Positions 1 to 12,829 of a DNA stretch of 64,000 nt are shown here, in pieces. The DNA lies in the NCBI RefSeq assembly GCF_963921235.1, contig NC_086118.1:29514001-29578000 (forward strand). The letters are read 5' to 3'. The notes under the pieces are model-generated. The model saw only the letters and a program-made list of their open reading frames with translations, had not been told where the DNA came from and searched no databases. This stretch comes from Mobula hypostoma. Taxonomy: Eukaryota. Within the stretch, counting starts at the first letter, position 1. Every line of letters begins with the position of its first letter. Position numbers and translations under genes: made by a program.

Positions 1-19
1 AATGAGAAGGCATGGATGT

Positions 20-120
20 TAAAAATCTGAAAGAAAAGCAGAAGTTGTTGAAAATATTCAGCAGGTCAGGGAAGGGAAACAAATCAGGGTTTCAGATTGG
101 TGACCCTTCATCAAAACAGG
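20..120 (-). repeat. Degenerate Penelope-like pLTR end
   Basis: Resembles the cagcaggtcaggcagcatc...gacccttcatcagg repeat seen elsewhere in the window; the minus strand has a decayed TTGATGAagggtc...GAAA core. Confidence 0.4.
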
Positions 121-151
121 CATACATTTAAAGATTAGCAGGTATTAAACT

Positions 152-467
152 GAGTGTGTGCACGTGGCCAAGTGGTTAAGGCATTGGACTAGCGACCTGA
201 AGGTCATGAGTTCGAGTCCCAGCCGGGCAACGTGTTGTATCCTTGAGCAAGGCACTTAAATCACACATTGCTCTGCGATGTCACTGGTGCCAAGCTGTAT
301 GGGTCCTAATGCCCTTCCTTTGGACAACATTGGTGGCGTGGAGAGGGGAGACTTGCAGCATCGGCAACTGCTGGTCTTCCATACAGCCTTGCCCAGGCCT
401 GCACCCTGGAGAGTGAGGACTCTCCAGGCGCAGATCCATGGTCTCGCAAGACTAACGGATGCCTTTA
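152..467 (+). mobile_element. tRNA-derived SINE
   Basis: A box TGGCCAAGTGG and B box GAGTTCGAGTCC; flanked by AGGTATTAA at 140-148 and 468-476 (probable TSD); homologous copy at 20199-20474 (-). Confidence 0.85.
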
Positions 468-819
468 AGGTATTAATTGTAAAGAGTGAAGGAGAGGAAG
501 AGAGAAGAAAAAGTTAGGTTTCTAGAAGGGTGGGAGGATTTTAATGGGGTGATAGTGTAAGGTGAGTGCTGTTCCTTGAGTCTATGCTGAGTTTCACTGG
601 AACAGTGTGGGAGTTGAAGAGCAAAGAGGTCAGGGGAATAAAAGTGACAAAAAAAAGTGTTTGACAACTCACTCTTGCAGAAAGTTGTCAAGTCAGATTA
701 TTTTTGATTCGCATTTGGTTAACAGCTTGGCCATTCAAAATATGAAACCCCAAGTTCCACTCTTGCTCAATCCCTCAGCAGGAAAGCACTAGAAATGCTC
801 CAGTTGGTTTCAGTCTCAA

Positions 820-1290
820 AGAGTTATAGGTTTGTACAGCACAGAAACGAATCTTTGAGCCAACCATGTCCATACTGACCTTATTGCCAATCTACACAAA
901 TCCCATTTTCCCACATTAGGCCTGTATCCATCTGTGCCTTTCCTATTAAACTTCTTCTCTAAATGTCTCTGAAAGGTAAAGGATGCATCAGATTCTATCA
1001 CCACTTCTAACAGCAATTCCAGATATCAATAACTCTGTATAAAAAACTTTCTCCACAAATCCCTTTTAAAACTCCTTTTTCTCAGCTTAAACATGTCTCA
1101 TCTCTTTCTTGATGCCTTTGCCTGGAAAGAAGCTTCTATATGCCCTATTCCTGCTTCCCTATAATTTTTGATACTTCTGTTAGGTCAACATTCAACCTCC
1201 TTCTTTCCTGACAGAAGAGCCCAGCCTATCCAATTTCTCCCCAGACTAAATTCTTCCAATCTTTCAACATTCTGGTCAAACTCTCCACAC
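820..1290 (-). mobile_element. Decayed CR1 LINE 3' fragment
   Basis: Similar to the 3' ends of better-preserved CR1 copies in the window (acagcacagaaac motif); ORF 816-1016 resembles the CR1 RT C-terminus. Confidence 0.6.
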
Positions 1291-1830
1291 AAACAGAAGC
1301 CGAAGCAGGAGTATCCAGTACTAGAAGTCATGCAGTGTTGGTCTAAAGAAATAGATGAGCTTCTACATGACTACTTTGAGATGGTAGATGGGCCAATGTT
1401 CAAAGACATAGCAGCCAACTTAGATGAGTATGTCACCACCATCAGTAAAGCCACCAGCACCATCAAAGACCCCGCCCACCCTAGACATCCTCTCTTCTTC
1501 TCCCACCCCACCCCACCCATCAGGCAGAAGCTACAAAAGGTTGAAAGCATGTACCACCAGGCTTAAAGACAGCTTCTATCCTGCTATTATAAGATGATGG
1601 AACAATCCTTAATATGGTTAAATGGACTCTCGACTTCCTTGTTATGGCTTTGCACTTTATTATCTAGCTGTCTACTGCACTTTCTCTGCAACTGTAACAC
1701 TTCGTTCTGCACTCAGTTTTTCTCTTGGACCACCTCAATGCACCGTGAAATGAAGTGACCTATATGGACAATGTGCAAGACAAGCTTTCACAGTAGATTG
1801 GTTTATGTGGCAATTATAATAATAAACCGA
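1291..1830 (+). mobile_element. Internally deleted Rex1/Babar-type LINE
   Basis: Post-endonuclease segment (VMQCWSKEIDELLHDYFEMVD..MFK) joined directly to the RT C-terminal IKDPAHPRHPLF motif, then a 3' UTR with AATAAA. Confidence 0.7.
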
Positions 1831-1959
1831 TTTACCAATTTACCTCACACTTGTCAAGAGTACATTCCACCTTTCTGTGCTCCACCCACCTTTCCACCTG
1901 ATCTATACCCTGCTACAGCAGTAGATAACTTACTTTGATATGTCAACACAACCAACATT

Positions 1960-3115
1960 GGTGGCATGTCCATAATTACCAATCATACCTCCAAGCTGTT
2001 AATCTATTTTACAAACAACACTGATCCGTGGAACATGACTGGTCGCAGACTACTAATCAGAAAAGAAATTAGTCAGCTCACCTTTAATGCCAAGTGCTTC
2101 AACCTTCTAAAGTAGCCTACCACACAGCAAAGCTTTACCAAAGCCCATCTACATCGCATCTGTTGCCTGGCCTACAATAATTTTCTTAGTTACTTCCTTA
2201 AAATACTCAATCATATGAGGGAGGATTTCCCTGCAAAAAGCCATGATGACTATCCTTTTTCATCCCCTGGTTTTAAACTGTCATAAATGCTATCCATTAA
2301 GGTGTGTCTATCTGAAAGCCCCTTAAATGCCACTATTGTATCTTTTTTTCACCACTAATGGCAAGAGTCCACTCCAGCACCTACCTCTCTCCTTGTAATA
2401 ACATGCCACACACTCATTTCCTTTAATCATGCCCTGTCTCACTTTTAATGTATGTCCTCAAATATTTGACACTTCAACCCAAAGAAAACATTTCTGTCTG
2501 CCTACCCTGTCAATGCCATTCATTGTTCCATAAATTTCTATCAGGTCTCCTGTCAGCCTCCGACATTCCAGAGAAAACAACCCAACTTTGTCCATCCTCT
2601 CCCAACAGCTCATACCCTCCAATCAGGCAGAATCTTCTGTACCCTTTCCAAAGCCTCCACATAAGGCCTATAATGGGGCATTCAGAATTGCACAAGATAT
2701 TCCAAGTGCAGGCTAGCCAAAGATTTCTATAGCTTCAGCATGATATCCTGACACTTACACTCAATGATGCAACTAACAAAGGTGAGGATGACATGCACCT
2801 TCTTTACAACCCTACCTAGTTGTACAGTCACTTTCAGGGGGCTATAGACATGAACTATAAGATCCCACAGCATAACAACACTGTTAAGAGTCCGGTCATT
2901 AATTGTATACTTTCCCCTTACATATGTCCTTCCAAAGTACAATGCCTCATGCTTACCCAGATTAAACCCCATCTGCCAATTTCTACCCATATCTGTAATG
3001 ATCTATGTATAACCCGCTGTATCCTTTGACAAACTTCTTCACTGACCACAACTCTACCAAACTTTGTGTCATATGAAAACTTACTAAGCCACACCTCTAC
3101 AATTTCATGCAAGTT
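1960..3115 (-). mobile_element. Decayed CR1 LINE RT fragment
   Basis: Minus-strand peptides SKFSYDTKFGRVV, WQMGFNLGKHEALYFGR and MWRLWKGYRRF correspond to the CR1 ORF at 51718-52815. Confidence 0.75.
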
Positions 3116-4221
3116 ATGATCCTGAGACCGTGACCCTAGGTGTCCTGTTATTTAACTTTCTGTCAAACTCCTTCAACTGACTTTGCACTTTTATTTATGT
3201 TACAAATGCCATTGTTACTAAAACCTCCTGTCCTTCTCCCACCCTTTTCAGAATGTTGTGTCCCAATTCTGTGCTGATTCTGTCCCTGGTACCAGTGAGG
3301 CAACACACCATTCTGGAACCTTGCCCACAACCAACCACGTTCCTGCCTGTTTCCCATGCTTCAAATTCACTATTTCAACTGCTTGCCTGCACTTTTCCCT
3401 CCCCTGCTCTGCATCAGAACTAACTGTACTGCCATAGACCTGCCTTCTTCTGTGGATTTCCTCCAAGAGGTGGCTTCTCCCAGCCTCCCCTCCCCAACAG
3501 TATCCAACAAGCTTTTCCTGCTTGAGAGGGGAACGGCCACAGAATATTCTTGCCTGCACTTATTGCCCTTGCTGATAGCCACCCATCTCCTTTCTGTCTG
3601 TGCCTGAAGACTAATCCACTGAGTACACCATTTACACCATACCACGTCTCAAATGCTCCATTGCAAGTCCCACCGTAGCTCTGATTAGGAAGGGAAAACC
3701 TACCACAGCCACATTCCTTTTACTACATAGTGAGTGCTGGTACAATTGAACTTACCCGTGCACCCAGCAAGCCAGTGACTGGGATCCTCTCTGTAGGAAA
3801 GCAGCATCAGGGTAACATAGGAGGCATGATGTTAGTGAACAGTGGAGCATGCACAAAAGGCTAAATTAGCTACTCTTGCTTCTATTTCTTTTGTCCTGAT
3901 GGACCTCTTTTAAAAGTATTTATGATCATGTTTCTTGCTTATGTAATAGTTACTGAAATAAGATGTCCTGCACCATTATTTGAAGAAGGAGGTGTTTATA
4001 AAATGCTATGATTGAACAAGAACTACTTAATTAAATGAGACCAGAGACAAATACTTACCAAAGAAGAAAGGTGCGGGGTACTTCCAATTTCTCAGGTTTG
4101 ACTTATTTTCTTTCAGTACAAAACTCCCACAGAAATAGATTATATACTGATTTAGTAACAAAATTACTGGATGAACTATCAAAAGAGCTATACTAATGAG
4201 CTTTGTACATGTTCAAACCAT

Positions 4222-4597
4222 GTCTTGGAAAGACAGCGTCCATTATTAAAGACCTCCAGTACCCAGGGCATGCCCTTTTCTCACTGTTACCAGCAGGTAG
4301 GAGGTACAGAAGCCTGAAGGCACACACTCAGCAATTCAGGAACAGCTTCTTCCCCTCTGCCATCTGATTCCTAAATGGACTTTGAAGCTTTGGACACTAC
4401 CTCATTTTTTTTTAATATACAGCATTTCTGTTTATGCACATTTTTAAATAATCTATTCAATATACGTAATTGATTTACTTGTTCATTAATTATTATGTTT
4501 TATTTTTTTCTCTCTCTCTCTGCTAGATTATGTATTGCATTGAACTGCAGCTGCTAAGTTAACAAATTTCACATCACATATAAACCTGATTCTGATT
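4222..4597 (+). mobile_element. Rex1-type LINE 3' end
   Basis: Encodes CLGKTASIIKDLQYPGHALFSLLPAGRRYRSL...FRNSFFPSAI; ends in taaacctgattctgatt tail. Confidence 0.8.
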
Positions 4598-4741
4598 ACA
4601 GAGGCAGGTTGAAAACTTTGATTAATTAATTTTTAAAAGGGTAGCATCAGGAACATTGGCCAGAGAGATAAGTAACTACAATAAAATCAATCTGTTTCAT
4701 GCACGATTTGAGGCAAGGTAACCCATCATCATTATTCTGTT

Positions 4742-4845
4742 GAGTCCTTAAGAAGGCCTGAAACGTCAATTGTTTATTGCTTTCTACAGATGCTGTCTGA
4801 CCTGTTAAGTTCCGCTAGCATTTTGTTTGTGTTACCTCATGTGTT
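4742..4845 (+). repeat. Short PLE pLTR-derived repeat with decayed hammerhead
   Basis: gagtcCTTAAGAaggcctGAAACGTCaattg followed by agatgctgtctgacctg. Confidence 0.55.
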
Positions 4846-5695
4846 CTATCTATTACTCCAGACCAACACCGTGACATTAGGAATGGGTATGAAATTCTGT
4901 GCAGGCCAGGTTTACCCACATCCTGCCAATGTTTTAGTGAAACACATCTAACTGCTGATGTCACACAGCTGTACCTGGAAGGAACTGTCTCTCTCAAGGC
5001 TGAAAATTAGTAAAGAGGGAGTAACGGTTAACACATTCCTTTCTGTGAATTAAAAGTAATGGAATTTAGCAAATAGCATGATAAAGTAGCTGTGAAATTA
5101 TAACCACCTGCATCTATATAGAATGCTCCACACAGTTCAAAAGTAGGGCACGTCAGTTGAACTCTCTGAAGTGCCAAGGGATTATAGAAATCACAGAAGC
5201 ATCAAATATCAGCAGCCTTCACATCTTCAGGAAGGAATGTTGAGAAGGGGCCATGCACAGAACCATCTTACCATTATCCTCACACAGAATTTTAATTCCA
5301 TTTTCATTGTTTGGTCTTCAGTCTTCCTTGCTGCAAAAATAAAAAGATCCCCAGGGAGGTTTCTAACACATCAATGGTCTTGAAACACAACCATGGATTT
5401 GCATAACATGGATGCTTCCAGCAGATTTCATTCTCCTCTGGAAAAGCTCAAGGTCACTGAGACTTTTTTTTAATCACTGAAGTCGGGAAATTACTAAAGT
5501 ATACTCCTCAGTATTGCAAGTAAGTCAATTGGTGCACCATTTTGGAACAAAACTGCATAGATCTGAAGGTGTCAGGGCAGAAATTTGATTCACTTTTAGA
5601 AAGTTTCTCATTTTAGGTTTAATGAAATAAGGGGTTAATGAATAAAGTGGGCAATACCATCAATGTGTCATTTATTGTTCATTCCTGTTCCCTCT

Positions 5696-5718
5696 AAACA
5701 AACAAACAAACAAACAAA
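5696..5718. repeat. (AAAC)n microsatellite
   Basis: Directly visible. Confidence 0.9.
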
Positions 5719-5944
5719 TAAAAATATAGCCCAAATAGAACTAGTGGCATTGGAGTTTCATGTATGGCTGTAACGTTCTCTTCCCTGAAGGGCATGTTGT
5801 CCCGGTTAGACCTACAAAACACACAGCAGCTGCCCAAGTTGAACTCTTTTGATGAAATCAATCAAAGTATGTTTCGTTGAATTTTCCTGTCGCAATTCCT
5901 AACCCATTCTTTTGAGGCTAAGTGATAACGTTTCAGTCTAGATG

Positions 5945-6367
5945 ATATAAAACGTCTAATGTGTGAGGAGTGTTTGATGGCGCTCAGCCTGTACTTGCTG
6001 GAGTTAAGAAGAATGGAGGGATCTCATTAAAACTCATCGAATATTGAAAGGCCTACATAGAGTGGGCATGGAGAGGATGTTTCCATTAGTTGGGGAGGCT
6101 AGGACCAAAGGACACAGCCTCACAATAGAAGGATGTCCCTTTAGAACACAGATGAGGAATCATGATCAGGAATTTCTTTAGCCAGTGGGTGGTGAATCCA
6201 TGGAATTCTCTTCCACAGATGTTTGTGGAGGTATGTCTGTTTAAAGCAGAGGTTGATAAATTCTTGAATAGTATGGGTGTCAAAGGTTAAAGGGAAGAAA
6301 GCAGGAGAATAGAGTTGAGAGGGATAATAGTACAGTAAACTGAAAGGACCAAATGGCCTAATTCTAT
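5945..6367 (+). mobile_element. CR1 LINE 3' fragment
   Basis: Collinear with the CR1 3' end at 43620-44070 (aggaatttctttagccag; ccaaatggcctaattct). Confidence 0.8.
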
Positions 6368-6577
6368 CAATTTAAAACCACAGAAACTCCCTGTGACCAT
6401 GTGGGTTTCCTCCAGGTGCTTCAGTTTCCTCCCACATTCCAAAATACATAGGAGTTAGAGTTAGTAAGCTGTGGTTATGCTGTATTGGTGCTGGAAGCAT
6501 GGTGATACCTGCGGACTGTCCCCAAGCACATCTTTAGGCTGTGTTGGATATTGACACAAATTACACATTTCACTGTA

Positions 6578-7245
6578 CAGCACTGTGCAAAAGTCTTAGG
6601 CACCTATAAAGGAATGTAATATAATGAGAGGCATTGATCGTGTGGGTAGCCAAAGGCTTTCTCCCAGAGCTGAAATGGCCGACACGAGGGGACATAGTTT
6701 TAAGGTGCTTGGAAGTAGGTACAAGGGGGATGTCAGAGGTAAGTTTGTCGCACAGAGAGTGGTGGATGCGTGGAATGCGCTGCCAGCTAACATGGTAGAG
6801 ATGTATACAATAGGGTCTTTTTAGAGACTCTTAGATAGGTACATGGAGCTTGGAAAAATAGAGGGCTATGTGGTAGGGAAATTCTAGGCAGTTTCTAGAA
6901 TAGGCTACTTGGTCGGCACAAAATTGTAGGCCAAAGGGCCTGGAATGTGCTGTAGATTTCTATGTTTCTATGTTTCTAATTCTGTCAGATGAAAATTCTT
7001 TCAAAAAAATGAAATGGAAAGTTTCTAAGTATCAAAAAAATTACTATAAAGAGCAGTAAACAATAAAAACGATATCAAGTCAATACTTGGTGTGACCATC
7101 CTTTGCCTTAAAAGTCTGCATCAGTTCTTTTAGGAACGCTGTCTTGCAGTTTTATAAGAAAATCAGCTGTTAGGTTGTTCGATGGCCATGCCATCTGCAA
7201 CCATATAAAAAAATCTAGCCTGCCTAAGACTTTTGCACAGTATAG
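6578..7245. mobile_element. Non-autonomous Tc1-type DNA transposon
   Basis: TIRs cagcactgtgcaaaagtcttaggca (6578-6602) and tgcctaagacttttgcacagtatag (7221-7245); TA at 6576-77 and 7246-47. Confidence 0.85.
6608..6978 (+). mobile_element. CR1 3' fragment nested in the Tc1 element
   Basis: ORF 6624-6824 (TRGHSFKV...RVVDAWNALP); (TTTCTATG)n tail. Confidence 0.85.
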
Positions 7246-9817
7246 TATGTTTTGATGTACAGCACATCTGACAAATAAAGCTAATCTTTAAAAGAAAACT
7301 ACAATGACAGCTTCATTGGTTTCAATCACTATCATTTTTAAAGCTTCCATTGAGAAATTATATGAAAATTTTTGTATTTTTAATCAGTAAATTACCACCC
7401 TTTGGCCATTGCAAGAGTTACTGGTTTTCATATAATTAATGTAGAATCAGCAGTGTCTGGAAAGAAATACATGATTACTTCGTAGGACAGTTGACTTGAA
7501 TCTTAAACATGTCAGTGTTTATTAATTCATCACTTGTTATGGTTATCTGGGTCCCAGCTGCTGTCCAGAAACTTAAAAGCTCACTTCAGATATATCTTAA
7601 CGAGCTAAGAATTTACGTGAGTTAAATTATTACATTTTTACAATGATAATTTAAGTCACTAACAATTTTCTCCAAATTGCTATAATAGAACTAAAAGAAC
7701 GAAGTTGGAGACATAGTTCTGGGAACAAATGTCATTGAAGTAATATACAGAAACGTGAATAAAACTTGTGGTGGGACTGCTAAAAAAAACATGAGTTGAT
7801 GTATAAATTTGATTCCAAGCCTTCTTGTCACTTTATACACTTCATTCTCTGTATATGGAGATTTTTTTATGTATTAACTTCCAGAACCATTGCATTAATT
7901 TACATGTTTTGAATCCAAATTGCCTCTGGGTGAATTCTGTTTCCCCCCATAAGACTTTTGTAGGCAGGAGCAAATATGTACAATTTATAACTCTGAAATC
8001 GAATATAATTGTATTATTTATGCTCCCATCTGAAAATGAAAGGGCAGCTTTCTCAAAATGGAAGGTTAAGAGAGTTTTTTGAATAAATGCATAGTAATGA
8101 AGTCAGAAAATTCATGAGCCATTGTTACCTGTTTAGAATATATTTAATCCAATTTTCCCTACTGCCGAATAACAGTTACCCAAGAATTAAACCATATGGA
8201 ACCATTTACTTGTTATGTTGGTCAACAATCATCAATTTCTTAGTAAATTGTAAGGAAATTACATCAAAAAATCCTTTTTTTTAAATTATTAACTAGAAGT
8301 AAGTAGTTCAGGCAAATGTTTTGAAGGAAAGGAGGGAATAGAAAAAAGGTCTGTGATAGAATGAAGATTGGTTATCTTTCCTTTATGTCTTTCTCTCTCC
8401 TGTGCTATTTTGTTGCATTTTAAACCTGATTTTATCTCTCCTGTATTAGAACTTCTATTTTAGCAGTCCTAACCTTTCCAAGTGCTGATCAAAACAGAAA
8501 CTTTGTTTCTTCCTCCACAGATGCTGCTTGACCTGTTGAGTACTTCCTATGAATTGTTCTATTTCAGATTTCTAGCATTTCCAGTACATTGCATCTGGAT
8601 TACTCATTACCTTGAGAAGCCTGCTTAAAGCCCCAAAGATATAAACAATTAATGAGTGTGGTAATGGTGACTAATTGGAGTTTATGTGGGTGGGATAAGT
8701 TTATTTTATTGTTGCTTCTTGAATCTCTCAAAATATATTGATAGGCAAAATTGCACACATAAATTCATTAATTTGCTCTTAAAACCAGTGCAATCAGTGA
8801 AAATCTTAAAATATATATTTAGTAATGAACATACTTGTTTTTCAATACTCTAATTTTTTGACTGCATTTAATTCTGTTTCTGCAAGTAAACTAGGTGCAC
8901 TTTTAGGAAGCAAACAGAAGATGATCTTGACTATAACTGGAAATAGTTCAGGATGGAACTGACAGGGAAAAATGTATGTGTGCTATTTTAAAATCACCAA
9001 ACTCTGAATCACAAACAGAAGATGCTGGGAACGTCAGCATCTGTGCAGGAAAAAAAAGACACGTTAGCATTACTGGAAACAACTCTGATGAAAGCCACAC
9101 ACCTAAAATTATGAAATCTGCCAAAGTATGGAATAGAAATATACTTGAAATATTCAGCAGGTCATGCTGAGGAAAGAGAAATAGACCAAGTGCTTAAGAT
9201 TAATTATCTTCCATAAAATAAAAAAAAAGGTTTTAAAATCATGTTAAGTTGCAGAGAAGCACGGGAGATGAAAGAAACAGAAGGAATGTCTGTGATAGAC
9301 TGGAGTGCAAGAAAGACCGAATGATGCATCCTTCGTTGATGCAATTGAGAGAGGGATATTGAAGGATGTTAGCTGCACCTCATCTCTGTGGAGGAGATGT
9401 ATGAGAGGATGGATGAGAATGGAAGGGGAGAAGAAAAAAAAAAGAATGACCCTGGAACTTTGAGGTTTAGAAAGCGATAGTTGTTGCAGATCTGAAATCG
9501 AAAGAGAATGGTAGAAATCATTCCCAAAGCATCAACTGTTACTTCACTCCACAGATGGTGCCTAACCTGTTGTGTCCTTCAGCGTTTTGTGTGTGCTGAT
9601 GGAAATAGCAGCATCTGTGGAGAATAAAAATACATCTGAGTCACATTACAGATGGATGGAAAGTGTGAAGTTCTGACGCAAACTGGAAAGGTTGGTTTTC
9701 TGAAATCACTGAATTCATTATTGAGTACTGAGGAATATAATGTATCCAGAATGAGATGCTGTACCTCAACCTCATGATGGGTCTTAACGGGAGAGTGAAG
9801 GGGCCCAAGGACAGAGA

Positions 9818-10110
9818 GGCACCGTGGTAGAGTGGTTAGCACATTGTTTTACAGCAATCAGCAACTGAGATTCAATTCGCTGTCTGTAAGGAGTTTGTAT
9901 GTTTTCCCCATGACTGTGTGAAATTCCTCCGACATCCCAAAGCTGTACGGTTCGGGTCAGTGAGCTAGTGAGCTGTGTTGGCACCAGAACCATAACAGCA
10001 CTTGCAGGCTGCCCAGTACAAGTCTCGCTGATTTGATTTGACACAAATGATGTATTTCACTGCATGTTTCAATGTGCATATGGTAAATTAAATTTGATCT
10101 TTCATCTTTA
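9818..10110 (+). mobile_element. tRNA-derived SINE inserted in an old PLE remnant
   Basis: ggcaccgtggtagagtggttagc head, gctgtctgtaaggagtttgtatgtt core; same tail family as 6385-7290. Confidence 0.7.
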
Positions 10111-10719
10111 AATACGATGGAGAATCAAAGTGACAGGTAATTAGACATTCAACATCAGCCTTTCAGCGGAATGGAAAAGTTGTGCAAAATGGTCACCTAA
10201 TCTGAATCGGATTTTTACGCTGCTGAAGATCCCACCTGGTGAACATTGAACTTGGGAAAAAAAAGCATGTAGGTTGTTAATTCAGCCGAAAAGGGTATGG
10301 AGGACCCTGGATGCTGAGCAAAGAGCAGGTATTATAACTTGTATGGTTGCATAGCGTTATTGTGTGAAAAGGGGAGTGGGTGTTGGTGGAGGTTAAAGAA
10401 CAGACTGGGGATATAATTGAGAGAGAATAACTGATATAACATTACCTACTGATATTTTCACACAAGGACTTGCAATTCTGGCAATCTGAAATTGCTAAAT
10501 TCGGTACCAAGTCTTGTGACCAGCAATGTGATATGACGGAAGATGTGATACTGCTTCTCGAGCTCACATTTGGTCTCATTGGAAATGTAAAAACACCATA
10601 GAATAATAAAAGGGAAGGAGGAGGAAAATGTGTCGGGTTATGACATCATATTGAAGATAAAGAGAATTACTGAGAATTCTGTACGGCAAACTTGTGTGTT
10701 GTCTCAGGAGCAGGGGACC

Positions 10720-11000
10720 CCGAAGGAAGACCAGGTAGAAGCTTATAAGATTATGAAAGGCATAGTTAGGGGGGACAGCCAGTATCTTTCCTCTAAGGTT
10801 GTTATATCTAATGCTAAAAGGCATGCAGTTAAAGTGAGGGAGTAAGTTCAAAGGAGATATGTGATGCAAGTTTTTTTACACAGACTGGTGGCATCTGGAA
10901 TCTGTTACTAGGGGCGATGGTGAAGGCAGGTATGATAAAGTCATCTAACAAAGTTCTTAGATAAGTACATGAATGTTCAAAGAGTAAAGGGATATGCATT
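10720..11000 (+). mobile_element. CR1 3' fragment
   Basis: EDQVEAYKIMKGIVRGDSQYL...KRHAVKVRE, equivalent to CR1 DLIEVYKIM...TRGH. Confidence 0.7.
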
Positions 11001-11039
11001 AAATTGCATTAAGAAGTATAATATATATTTAATATAATT

Positions 11040-11132
11040 TACAGTTTTTATTATGTGTAGGAATGTATTGCTGCTGCATAACAACAAATTTCACAACATA
11101 TGCCAGTGATATTAACCCTGATTCTGATTCTG
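11040..11132 (+). repeat. Rex1-type 3' tail
   Basis: gctgctgcataacaacaaatttcacaacat...cctgattctgattctga, same tail as 4550-4597. Confidence 0.6.
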
Positions 11133-11239
11133 ACAGAACCCTACCATGGAGGGTAATCTATGGTTAAGGGAAAGGGAAGATATCTCAGAAGTCCTGTTGA
11201 TGGTATTTTCCATACAAAATTTAATGGTTCATTTTCTGC

Positions 11240-11760
11240 ACCTCCCAGCAACTTCTACACAATGCCACAAGCAGACACATCTTCCTATCCCCTTCTCTTT
11301 CAGCAATCCAAAGGGGCTGCTGCCTCTGCCTCTGTTCCATCTCTACTAACTCCAGTCCCCTCCTGGCTATTCACCTTACCCTTTCCCACCTTTCAGCTAT
11401 CTTAACGCTTGTTCCAGATTAAGCAATAATTCAATTCTACTTCTTCCATTTTAGAATAAAAGCATCCAGTGTTCACAATGTTGTCTCCTTTTCACCGGAG
11501 AACAGATACACAGTTCGACCCATCATATTGTACAAACATTTGTACAACAACTCCGTTCGAACAACAAGTGTGACCTTAAGCTGCTAGGCAGCTATTACTT
11601 TCATTCTCCATCCCATTTCCAATCTCCTCTTCTGTCTTTAGGTTTGTGTGTTTTTTCTAATATGAGTTACAGCATCACATCTAAGCACGTTGCAGGCTAC
11701 AAAACTTTACAAAGAATTCACTCATTTCTAACCAGTATTTCCAGTTGCAATTGTCAAAAT
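11240..11760 (+). mobile_element. Old Penelope-like element remnant
   Basis: Degenerate similarity to the linker/GIY-YIG region at 47860-48410. Confidence 0.45.
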
Positions 11761-12183
11761 TTCCAGTTTTTATGTGAATTTATCAACCTGTAATGTTATC
11801 CCAGTTGTTCCGTCTTCATAAATGTTGTCACACCTACTGGTTATTTCCAGAATTTCCTTTTATTTAAATTTCCATTGCTACATTGTTAGTCACTATTCTG
11901 TCATTGTATTTTTTTCTCTCTTTCCTCTGTTCTCAATTACTTCGCTTCATTTATACCTCTTCCAGTAAAGTCAGCTCCTAACTAACTCATATCAGCAATA
12001 TTTGTATTATTCAGTCTTTCTAAGCCTTCATCCTCTCACAAGCATTCCCTTTCCACCTCTTCCCCTTCCCTGCACCTTAAAACATGTCCATTTTTCAACT
12101 TGTTCTGCATCAGTGATATGAAACTTTAGCTCTCTTTCTCCACATACTGCCTGAGCTACTGTATATTCCCAACCCTATATTAA

Positions 12184-12689
12184 CCTTTACATACTGTTCG
12201 GGTCAAATTTGACCCGTTTTGACATTTGACAGCAGTAAAAACACCCTAAATGCCAGGTTTTTTTTGCCAAAATTTGATGACTTTTCTTAAAGTGACCCAA
12301 AATGCGCAAAAATGAAAATATTTAAAAATTTTATACTTTTGTACAGGTGCTACAAATTTTTGTACATCGAGGCTGTTCCGGGTCAGATTTGACCCGTATC
12401 TATTGAAATGGATATTAGATTTCTAAAACATTAATTAAGGATTAATGTACATTGAGGTTGTTCCGGGTCAAATTTGACCCGTATCTATTGAAATAGATTT
12501 TAGATCTCTGAAACATTAATTAAGGATTAATCACCCATTTATTAATGTCAGATAGGCTATTTATACATTCTAAATAGATCTGTGGTTCAAAATTTGGTAT
12601 AGACACTCGTTATGAGGGGATTCTTGGGCCGGGTCAAAATTGACCTGGACCATACTCTGAAGGTATAGAATAAGAACGGTATGTAAGGG
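12184..12689. mobile_element. piggyBac-type non-autonomous element (MITE)
   Basis: TTAA 12180-83 and TGAA 12690-93; 16-bp TIRs cctttacatactgttc / gaacggtatgtaaggg (2 mismatches); four internal GGGTCAAATTTGACCC-like palindromes. Confidence 0.8.
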
Positions 12690-12829
12690 TGAATTCTAAT
12701 TAACCTGTTGACGGCCCTGCTCTTCCCTGTCTTTGATTCTACCCCATTGCAATTATGCTTTTTGCTTATTGTCCAATTCGTCAGTATTCCTCCTGAAGGT
12801 CATTTGTTACCCCATCTGTTACTTATTTT

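Larger units (their letters stand above)
6385..7290 (+). mobile_element. 5'-truncated SINE split by a Tc1-type element
   Basis: Core ctccctgtgaccatgtgggtttcctcc...ttcctcccacattccaaa; tail tttcactg TA | TA tgttttgatgtac...aataaagctaatctt resumes after 7247. Confidence 0.7.

Noticed and set aside
158..225. tRNA gene
   Set aside because: A and B boxes continue into a SINE body with a TSD; a second copy is in the window; no terminator or clean cloverleaf
12200..12650. CRISPR-like array of palindromic repeats
   Set aside because: Irregular spacing, duplicated rather than unique spacers, TIR/TTAA boundaries, eukaryotic context, no cas genes
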